Assembly: GCF_000018465.1 (NCBI RefSeq)
Contig: NC_010085.1
Span: forward strand, 630,001-662,000
Direction of reading: 5' to 3'
From: Nitrosopumilus maritimus SCM1
GTDB lineage: Archaea; Thermoproteota; Nitrososphaeria; Nitrososphaerales; Nitrosopumilaceae
DNA: 32,000 nt
Each line of letters starts with the position of its first letter. Positions within the stretch are counted from its first letter, which is position 1. The notes beneath the pieces are model-generated. The model was not told the origin of the DNA, searched no databases, and saw only the letters and a list, made by a program, of their open reading frames with translations. A program made the position numbers and the translations under genes. Below are positions 25,718 through 32,000 of this stretch, one piece after another.

Positions 25718-25775
25718 TGACGAGAGTGAAACGAACTCTAGGCATAATCTGGGCAGAAAAGCAGGTCTCTCGTCA
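25718..25775. ncRNA. candidate small RNA or inverted-repeat element, family unknown
   Basis: A 9-bp inverted repeat, TGACGAGAG 25718-25726 with CTCTCGTCA 25767-25775, encloses 40 nt that are relatively GC-rich. TTTATAAT at 25684-25691 is centred about 27-30 nt upstream on the plus strand. The stem core ACGAGA/TCTCGT, a CTAGG and TGAAACG are shared with the 620-721 element. Confidence 0.25.
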
Positions 25776-25858
25776 TTATACTATCGTAAGAAAATTATTT
25801 AAGAATTTATGAAAATATTCTTCTAAAAAATTATAATTCTGTATCTTACTGGTAAAGT

Positions 25859-26167
25859 ATGGTAAAGAATGGCAAAACCAATGCTAAAAATTTGTTTGAT
25901 CCTGATGAATTAGTCTTAACAAAAACTGAAATCTTGGGATTTTGTGACCGTGTGATAAAAAAATGGAATCAAAATCCTTCAAAAAATGCTAAAAATATTC
26001 TAGCAATGAATGCTGTAAAAACTAGTGTCTTGTGGACTGATGATGAGTCCCTAAAAGCAATATGGTCTGAAATTATTGCGTGGACTTTTGAGCTTCTCTA
26101 TGAGAATGCAATGGCACAAGACGAAGAATGGGCAAACATGTTAAAAAAATTAAAGAATAAAAAATGA
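25859..26167 (+). CDS. hypothetical protein
   Basis: 102-aa ORF with an ATG about 25 nt downstream of aaattataat. No motif recognised. Confidence 0.55.
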   Translation: MVKNGKTNAKNLFDPDELVLTKTEILGFCDRVIKKWNQNPSKNAKNILAMNAVKTSVLWTDDESLKAIWSEIIAWTFELLYENAMAQDEEWANMLKKLKNKK

Positions 26168-26185
26168 GATATTCTCTGTATAGTT

Positions 26186-26428
26186 ATGAGTGCAAACACT
26201 ATTCGCAAAGCAAAAAAATTAGTTGAAGCAGGTGGTGTTGTTAAATTAGAGGATGATCTTTTTCAAGTAAAATCATCGTCTAATCCCGAACAATCATACA
26301 TTGTAACATCTGATACTTGTGAATGTCCTGGATTCAAAAACTTCTACAAATTCCATCATGGAAAAGGACTTAAAGCAAATTGTTCTCATTTAGAAGCAAT
26401 TAGAATATTCAAAAAAGAAAATTCTTGA
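26186..26428 (+). CDS. small SWIM-type zinc-finger protein
   Basis: 80 aa. CECPGF-x15-CSH fits the SWIM CxCxnCxH signature. Confidence 0.7.
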   Translation: MSANTIRKAKKLVEAGGVVKLEDDLFQVKSSSNPEQSYIVTSDTCECPGFKNFYKFHHGKGLKANCSHLEAIRIFKKENS

Positions 26429-26429
26429 A

Positions 26430-26765
26430 TTATTTTATTTTGGATGCGTCTACTTTTCCAACATATGCTTTATTCTTCGATATTATTATTGGTCTTAAAA
26501 TTAACCCTGGATATTGTACCATCAATTTGATTATTTGAGAATCTGTTTTTTTATTATTCTCTAAGTCGAGTTCTTTGTACATCTTGTCTCTCTTTCTCAA
26601 TAATTCTGATGGTTTTTTTCCAGTCATTTTTACAATTTTTTTTAATTCTGATTCGGAAAATGGCTCTTTGAAGAAATCTCGTTTTTCAATATCTGTTTTC
26701 ATCCTTTCAATTTCCGATATTGTTTTTTTACAAGTAATACAAGTGGGTTTATGATATATCTTCAA
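26430..26765 (-). CDS. ArsC/Spx family thioredoxin-fold protein
   Basis: 111 aa. N-terminal KIYHKPTCITCKK (CxxC) and a later LILRPII motif typical of the ArsC/Spx/YffB family. TTG start. Confidence 0.8.
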   Translation of the reverse strand: MKIYHKPTCITCKKTISEIERMKTDIEKRDFFKEPFSESELKKIVKMTGKKPSELLRKRDKMYKELDLENNKKTDSQIIKLMVQYPGLILRPIIISKNKAYVGKVDASKIK

Positions 26766-26819
26766 TTCGTACTTTTTTCCTGAATACGGTTAAAAATTGT
26801 TTAGAAAAAATACATGCTG

Positions 26820-26987
26820 TTATGCACAGCAAATTGATTTTTTGAAGTCTTCTGAATTTCTTTCAAAACTGCATTCTTTACATACTTGCCAACTTCTTTT
26901 CTTCAAAAGCGAAAATGATGATTCATAGCAAACTGAATACATTTTTCCGCCACAACTAGGACAGGGTATTGGGATATCTATTTTCAT
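26820..26987 (-). CDS. small zinc-ribbon protein (55 aa)
   Basis: Hand translation: ATG 26987-26985, TAA 26822-26820, MKIDIPIPCPSCGGKMYSVCYESSFSLLKKRSWQVCKECSFERNSEDFKKSICCA. CPSC...CKEC pairs. It fills a 267-nt gap. Confidence 0.45.
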   Translation of the reverse strand: MKIDIPIPCPSCGGKMYSVCYESSFSLLKKRSWQVCKECSFERNSEDFKKSICCA

Positions 26988-27032
26988 AAGTGATTTAGGT
27001 GAATTTTGAATATAAGAAGCACGTAGAATTTA

Positions 27033-27980
27033 TCAATCGTTCTTTTCTTCAGAACTTACTTCTTCTTCTTCAGAACTTACTTCTTCTTCTTCAGAACTTA
27101 CTTCGGGATTCTCTAACTCTTTTAATTTTTGATCATTAAACTCTTCTAGTTTTTCTTTTGGAACTGACAGCATTTCAAGATATGCTTGCTGAGCTTCTTC
27201 ATATGTTCCTCCATTTGCAATAATTTGTGCTTTTACAATTTGGGCTTCTTCAAAAATATTTTTTGTAAAGTTTAGCTGGCTAACTACCATATCGCGTATT
27301 TCCGAATTTAAATTACTTACATAATATTCATAGTTCAGTCCTTCAAAAACCCCATTACTGGGCTTATATTCGTCAATTGCTTCTTCTCTAAATGCCTCTG
27401 CAATACTTCTTTGTTCTTCTACATACAATTCTTCTTCATTTGGTTGTAATGCTTCTTTATTTTCTAAAATTAATTCTTGCAATAATCCGTGATAGTATTT
27501 GAAGAGCATTTGTCCTATTGGGTCTTTCTCAAAATCTTCTTCATTTGCACTAAGGTATTTTTTTGCCTCTTCTGTGTTTAATTTTTGTTGTAATAATGAA
27601 ACGGCTGACGCATCACCTTTAACTTGAACTTGAGTGGTTTCTAATCCTGTCATTCCATACCAATTTGCAATTACATTAATTGTATACGTTCCTGGAACTC
27701 TTTCAAAGTTTTCAAACTCTGCCCTGAAAACTCCCCACGGATCAGTAAATGTTTTTGTTGTTTCAGAACCTGTTCTAACTAGTACTTCTGCACCTCGAAT
27801 TGGTTTGTATGCATGGTCTACAACTTTGCCCGAAACGACTAATGTTTCGCCTGATACTATTGCCCCTTTTTCTACATGGAGGTCTATAACGAAATCTAGT
27901 AATTCCGCCTCAGATGTTTGAATTGTGGAAAATATCATTAAAACTGAGAATATTCCTACTATTCCTGCTTTTTTGTACAC
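27033..27980 (-). CDS. secreted protein with N-terminal Ig-like/carboxypeptidase-regulatory-like beta domain and acidic Ser/Glu repeat tail
   Basis: 315 aa. The signal-peptide-like N-terminus is MYKKAGIVGIFSVLMIFSTIQTSEA. A beta-rich segment runs GETLVVSGKVVD...GTYTINV, followed by a helical middle. The C-terminus is (EVSSEEE)x3. GTG start. Confidence 0.7.
   Translation of the reverse strand: MYKKAGIVGIFSVLMIFSTIQTSEAELLDFVIDLHVEKGAIVSGETLVVSGKVVDHAYKPIRGAEVLVRTGSETTKTFTDPWGVFRAEFENFERVPGTYTINVIANWYGMTGLETTQVQVKGDASAVSLLQQKLNTEEAKKYLSANEEDFEKDPIGQMLFKYYHGLLQELILENKEALQPNEEELYVEEQRSIAEAFREEAIDEYKPSNGVFEGLNYEYYVSNLNSEIRDMVVSQLNFTKNIFEEAQIVKAQIIANGGTYEEAQQAYLEMLSVPKEKLEEFNDQKLKELENPEVSSEEEEVSSEEEEVSSEEKND
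27048..27104 (-). repeat. 21-bp tandem repeat, about 2.7 copies, in-frame within the CDS
   Basis: TTCAGAACTTACTTCTTCTTC occurs at 27048-27068 and 27069-27089, with a partial copy at 27090-27104. It encodes EVSSEEE units. Confidence 0.9.
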
Positions 27981-28135
27981 TTGAAGTTGTGTTGATTTTT
28001 GTTGTTAAGACAAAGTATGAAGAAAAATTCGCTAATTTTCAATTTTATTTGATTAATTTTGACATTTTTCATGCTTGAAACGATTATTTGATTGCAGATT
28101 ATTCTTAAACCCCCAAAATCATCTTATCTTAAATC

Positions 28136-28795
28136 ATGGATTTAGAAAAATTTCGGAACGATGTGTATGATATGACTGAAAAATTATCTGTAAATTTGAA
28201 AGAAAAAGACTTTCCAAAACTAAACTATGTACGACAACAATTAATTGAAATGTATCAGAAAAACTTGGTAAAAATTAACCATTCTATTTTGGAGTTAATT
28301 TGTGCAAGTAATTTAATTTCTAGAGGATACGCTGTAGATGTTGAAAAAGAAATTTCTGAAATTTTAGTTTGTGATATTTTTGCCAAAAAAGGCGGTGGTA
28401 ATACCATTATAGAAATTGAAACAGGCTTTACTCCTCCTGAACATGCAATGGATACTATAGATTACTTTACTGCAAGAATAATGAGCAAAATTGCAAGGTA
28501 TAGTCAACATTGTTCTAAATTTTCCTTGGCCAGTCCTGCAACTGGAATTTTACCCATCCCGAAAATTTTCTTACTTCCTCCTAATGCTAGAAAGAAAGAA
28601 GATGTTCAAAAAGTCAAAGATCTCTGTGACAAATATTACAAAAACCCTCCAATAGAATATGATGATATCTTGAATGCCCATCTACACTCTGTTTATTTGA
28701 TTAACATTGATGGTGGATTTGTAAAAGAATTAGATCCACAAGGGTATGTTGATTTAACAAACGATCTATTGAGTCGAAGTGAAATAGAATACTAG
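28136..28795 (+). CDS. hypothetical protein, possible restriction-endonuclease-like (PD-(D/E)xK-like) fold
   Basis: 219-aa ORF with an ATG start. VCDIFAKKGGGNTIIEIETG resembles the D...ExK beta-hairpin core, but with E in place of K. This is a by-eye impression only. Confidence 0.55.
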   Translation: MDLEKFRNDVYDMTEKLSVNLKEKDFPKLNYVRQQLIEMYQKNLVKINHSILELICASNLISRGYAVDVEKEISEILVCDIFAKKGGGNTIIEIETGFTPPEHAMDTIDYFTARIMSKIARYSQHCSKFSLASPATGILPIPKIFLLPPNARKKEDVQKVKDLCDKYYKNPPIEYDDILNAHLHSVYLINIDGGFVKELDPQGYVDLTNDLLSRSEIEY

Positions 28796-28846
28796 GTACA
28801 AATCTACGAAAAAATTCAAATTCATCTATGAAATATCTATAATAAG

Positions 28847-28981
28847 ATGATCTGTGCTGCTTGTGAAACTAGGAAACATTTTGAATGCATTGATTGTATG
28901 AATAATCATAAAACCTATCTATGTTCATGTGATTGCCATGATGAAAATACTGAACCTCACCCAATAGGAAAATCCCATTAA
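28847..28981 (+). CDS. small Cys-rich protein (44 aa)
   Basis: Hand translation: ATG 28847, TAA 28979-28981, MICAACETRKHFECIDCMNNHKTYLCSCDCHDENTEPHPIGKSH, with 7 Cys and 5 His. Confidence 0.35.
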   Translation: MICAACETRKHFECIDCMNNHKTYLCSCDCHDENTEPHPIGKSH

Positions 28982-28982
28982 A

Positions 28983-29663
28983 TTAACTCTTGAATTTTCT
29001 TTCAATTTCTTGAGCCATAACTTCTAGTTTACTTGTATCTCCAAACTTTCTGTATGTCAGTTTTTCAAGAGTCTTAATTATGCTAATTGCTGCCCGATAC
29101 TGAGGTATTTCAGGCTCATTTAATTCTCCATACATGCCAATTCCGTGAATTTCGTTCTTTTTTGCAAATCCCAAAATTAATCCATTAAAACCTGTAATGA
29201 TTGATTTTTGTGGAGTCATATCTACTCCTAATCCCTCCATCTGTTTAGTCAACTCTCTAGATGTTGTAGTGATGTATGTTTTTGGATTATTTTTGTATGG
29301 TCTATTTGTATGAAATCCTCCAAGTGTATAGATGAATTTTGTAGAATATTTTTTTGCAACATCAATAACATCTTGACACAATGCATTTAATTCCGCAGTA
29401 CTTTGTGGTTGTCCTTTTCCTCCACCAAAAATAATTAAATCGTCAGTGTATCTATATTCCCAACTTTCATCTGGAAGATCAATATATCCACCTCTATCTA
29501 CAACATATGTTGGAAACGGAGTTGTAGAAATTCTAAATGTTTTAGTTCTTAATGATTCATTGATAAAATTAATGACAATACTTCCAACATTTCCCATGTC
29601 TTGCATTGCTGCAATGATGATGGGTTTTTCAACATCTGGTTCTTGGTCTTGTCTGAAATCCAC
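28983..29663 (-). CDS. PAC2-family (proteasome assembly chaperone-like / ATP-grasp superfamily) protein
   Basis: 226 aa. KPIIIAAMQDMGNVGSIVINFINESL resembles the PAC2 N-terminal motif. The C-terminus (RKFKS) lacks an HbYX motif. GTG start. Confidence 0.7.
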   Translation of the reverse strand: MDFRQDQEPDVEKPIIIAAMQDMGNVGSIVINFINESLRTKTFRISTTPFPTYVVDRGGYIDLPDESWEYRYTDDLIIFGGGKGQPQSTAELNALCQDVIDVAKKYSTKFIYTLGGFHTNRPYKNNPKTYITTTSRELTKQMEGLGVDMTPQKSIITGFNGLILGFAKKNEIHGIGMYGELNEPEIPQYRAAISIIKTLEKLTYRKFGDTSKLEVMAQEIERKFKS

Positions 29664-29912
29664 ACTTCGTTACAAATTTCATCAACTTTAAACATATGCT
29701 GATTTTATGTCTAAATTTTTTCAACTTTGTATGCAACACTAATGTTTTCTCAAATTTTTAATGTCTAATTTTGAGCCTAATCGAAAAACATGATTTTTCC
29801 AATAGGTAAAAACATTATCATATTTTAACTCTTGGAGATCTTTGTTTCTTTTTTTAATGATCGAGAAAAACATGAAGATTCATAAGGCAAAAAAACATTC
29901 TATCGACAAATT

Positions 29913-31637
29913 ATGGAAACATCCATGGAAAACATCGGAACATTGGAGTATGTTCTTGACAAATACTCAAAAATCTGGTGCTGGAAGATAACTGGTGAGC
30001 GTGCTGTAAGCATGATCTCTAGATTGGTGCCTGAGGCTTGGTATGGGGAAAATGTCAACGAAGTGATTATTCCTGATAGTACTGAAAGTGTAAAACAAAT
30101 CAAACTGATCCTTGATAGGTATCCTCTTGATATTTTATCAAAAACCACTTGGCAAAGAAAAATCGTCAAAACCTATGCTCCCAAACCTACTTTGCCTCCA
30201 GTAAAACACAAACTAAAACGAGCAAAAACAGGAGACCAATTTAGAGGAAAATTACTAAACTTCCAAAAAGAAGGTTTAGATTTCTTAATGAAATCCTCTG
30301 GTAATGCATTATTAGCTGATGAAATGGGTCTTGGAAAAACAGTACAAACATTATCTTATGTTGCAACTGAGAAACAAACATTTCCCGTTTTAGTTGTTGC
30401 ACCATTAGTTACATTAAACAATTGGGAACGAGAAATTGAAAAATTTCTTAAGAAAAAAAGCCGAAATGGAAGATTACTTGAATCTGAATCTCCTACTGTT
30501 ACCTTAATTAGAACTGGAAAGAAAAAAAAACTTCCTAAAACTGACATTTATGTAATAAATTATGAATTACTTTTCAAAAGATATGATGATTTGGCAAAAG
30601 TTGGAATCAAAACTGTTGTATGTGATGAAGTCCATAATTTAAGATCTAAAACAACTCAAAAATACAAATCAATAAAAAAATTAGCTGCATTACCATCAGT
30701 GTCTTATCGAATTGGACTTTCCGGAACCCCTATCTACAACCGTGGTTCTGAAATTTGGCCAATCATTGATATTTTGAAACCTGGACTCCTTGGAAGTTTC
30801 AAAGAATTTTGTGAATACTTTTGTTATGTAAATGAAAAGGGTAAGGCAATTGTATTGGAAAATAAACGTGCATCACTTAGAAACGAACTCCAAAAACATG
30901 TTATGCTTAGACGCAAAAAATCTGATGTGCTAAAAGAACTCAAAGATAAAGTACGCTACAAGGAAGTCATTGCAGCAGACACTGATTACTATGTTGAAGA
31001 ATTAGACAAAATTTGGAAACGCTTAGAAGAAGAGCAAAAAGAGGCTGAATCCGAATTTTCAAAATCAGCTTCATATCATAGAGCAATACAGAGTGAAAGA
31101 CAAATTGCAGGCTTGGCAAAACTACCTCATGTTATCAATTTTGTAAAAAATATCATGGAAATTGAGGAAAGTGTTGTAGTTTTTTGTCATCATAAAGTAA
31201 TTCACAAATTACTCCATGAGAGTCTTCAAGAATTCTCACCTGTATCGATAATTGGAGGCCAATCTGATACCCTGAGACAAGATCAGATAGATAAATTCCA
31301 AAAAGGCGAATCAAAATTAATGATTGCAGGAATTCGTGCAGGAAATGTAGGAATTAATTTAACTCGAGCAAAATATGTTATTTTTGCAGAACTTGATTGG
31401 AGTCCTGCAATCCACAGACAAGCTGAAGATCGTTTGCATAGAATTGGACAACAGAATACTGTATTTGCATATTATTTGATTGGTAATGGCACACTTGATG
31501 ATCATGTTGCAAATGTTTTGGTAGACAAGAGTTATGAAATCGATGAAATTATGGATGAAAGTGTTGAAACCTTTGAAAATAAAGACAAAGCACAACTTAT
31601 TCTTGCACAAATTCAAGACAAAATACGTTCAAAATAA
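29913..31637 (+). CDS. SWI2/SNF2-family helicase/ATPase
   Basis: 574 aa. Motif I LADEMGLGKTVQ, motif II DEVHNLR, LSGTPIYN, and motif VI QAEDRLHRIGQ. A unique N-terminal region of about 115 aa. Confidence 0.9.
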   Translation: METSMENIGTLEYVLDKYSKIWCWKITGERAVSMISRLVPEAWYGENVNEVIIPDSTESVKQIKLILDRYPLDILSKTTWQRKIVKTYAPKPTLPPVKHKLKRAKTGDQFRGKLLNFQKEGLDFLMKSSGNALLADEMGLGKTVQTLSYVATEKQTFPVLVVAPLVTLNNWEREIEKFLKKKSRNGRLLESESPTVTLIRTGKKKKLPKTDIYVINYELLFKRYDDLAKVGIKTVVCDEVHNLRSKTTQKYKSIKKLAALPSVSYRIGLSGTPIYNRGSEIWPIIDILKPGLLGSFKEFCEYFCYVNEKGKAIVLENKRASLRNELQKHVMLRRKKSDVLKELKDKVRYKEVIAADTDYYVEELDKIWKRLEEEQKEAESEFSKSASYHRAIQSERQIAGLAKLPHVINFVKNIMEIEESVVVFCHHKVIHKLLHESLQEFSPVSIIGGQSDTLRQDQIDKFQKGESKLMIAGIRAGNVGINLTRAKYVIFAELDWSPAIHRQAEDRLHRIGQQNTVFAYYLIGNGTLDDHVANVLVDKSYEIDEIMDESVETFENKDKAQLILAQIQDKIRSK

Positions 31638-31949
31638 CTAGACATTTAATTTTGTTTTGAGTTTTGATAATTTTTCAATAATGTTTGTCTTCTTTTCTAG
31701 TTCAATTTGAGAATCTTGTATTTCTTTTACTACATCATCTATTAAACTAAGAATTTCAATTTCAGGTTTTATTTCACCAAATTTTATTTTATCAAATCCA
31801 TCTGTTTCTGTTTTATCAATTTCTTCTACTCCTTCAGGTAATATCTCATATACTTTGATAATTTTTTCATCTTGTCTTTGAGGTGACATGAGAACAAATT
31901 GGTTTTGTCTCAATTTTTCTATCTCTTGCAAAATCTCTGTTTCTGACAC
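31638..31949 (-). CDS. hypothetical acidic coiled-coil protein
   Basis: 103-aa ORF with a GTG start and E/K/I-rich helical composition. Its stop directly abuts the SNF2 stop. Confidence 0.5.
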   Translation of the reverse strand: MSETEILQEIEKLRQNQFVLMSPQRQDEKIIKVYEILPEGVEEIDKTETDGFDKIKFGEIKPEIEILSLIDDVVKEIQDSQIELEKKTNIIEKLSKLKTKLNV

Positions 31950-32000
31950 TTGTAAAATATCAATAATTTGATCAATATTGCATGATTTTATCTGAAGCAG

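Noticed and set aside
25718-25775. TPP or other known riboswitch in the region upstream of the ABC permease operon
   Set aside because: GGCATAATCTGGG superficially recalls the CUGGAUAAUGCCAG region of TPP riboswitches. However, the order is wrong, no hairpin forms, and no CUGAGA element is present. The permease promoter (attataaa at 25684-25691, minus strand) also appears to lie between the element and the gene.
29707-29773. Repeated ATGTCTAA(A)TTTT at 29707 and 29761, each opening a 10-11-codon mini-ORF (MSKFFQLCMQH, MSNFEPNRKT)
   Set aside because: The mini-ORFs are too short and dissimilar after four residues. The repeat is more likely promoter-region A/T-rich redundancy, and it is weaker evidence than the AAAAACAT array nearby.
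27634-31616. Track ORFs 27634..27921, 29446..29691, 29900..30169, 30356..30547 and 31359..31616
   Set aside because: They are antisense to the secreted protein, PAC2-like and SNF2 genes. 29900..30169 also overlaps the SNF2 start region and has no support of its own.
1-32000. CRISPR arrays, transposases or integrases, prophage or island boundaries, rRNA genes
   Set aside because: I scanned for regularly spaced direct repeats, terminal inverted repeats flanking recombinase-like ORFs and long GC-rich RNA-like tracts, and found none. The only tRNA has no adjacent integrase or direct-repeat attachment-site signature.

Overview
AT-rich (roughly one-third GC by eye), very gene-dense archaeal chromosomal segment. 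The gene content points to a marine ammonia-oxidising thaumarchaeon (Nitrosopumilus-like): a CdvA-like division protein, a long two-domain ThyX, archaeal FEN1, proteasome beta subunit, PAC2-like protein, JAMM/MPN protease, many tiny Cys-rich zinc-ribbon proteins, and TATA-like boxes about 25 nt upstream of start codons. I support about 46 CDS, five of them hand-found small ORFs below the ORF-track cutoff, plus one tRNA-Ser(CGA). I see no rRNA, CRISPR array, transposase, integrase or obvious mobile element. Most of the window is ordinary housekeeping: trmI, nnrD, M20 peptidase, psmB, hom, msrB, thyX, acs, fen, nitroreductase, a peptide-type ABC permease pair and an SNF2 helicase. The items most worth a second look are listed here. 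(1) A divergent locus at 14.0-17.8 kb: a TrmB-like regulator with a membrane protein on one side, and a membrane-anchored matrixin-type metzincin translationally coupled to an atypical receiver-domain protein and a 93-aa ORF on the other. The shared control region between them carries six same-orientation TTTGAT motifs. (2) An array of AAAAACAT repeats in front of and running into the SNF2 helicase gene. (3) Two GC-enriched intergenic elements bounded by inverted repeats that share an ACGAGA/TCTCGT stem (620-721 and 25718-25775), which are candidate small RNAs. (4) A coiled-coil protein with an ESCRT-III-like N-terminus placed next to a JAMM protease. (5) Several unannotated Cys/His-rich micro-ORFs. 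(6) Frequent TTG/GTG starts, including two TTGA stop/start overlaps. All functional calls come from motif recognition by eye. No database search or folding computation was possible, and I found no single clear-cut novel system.
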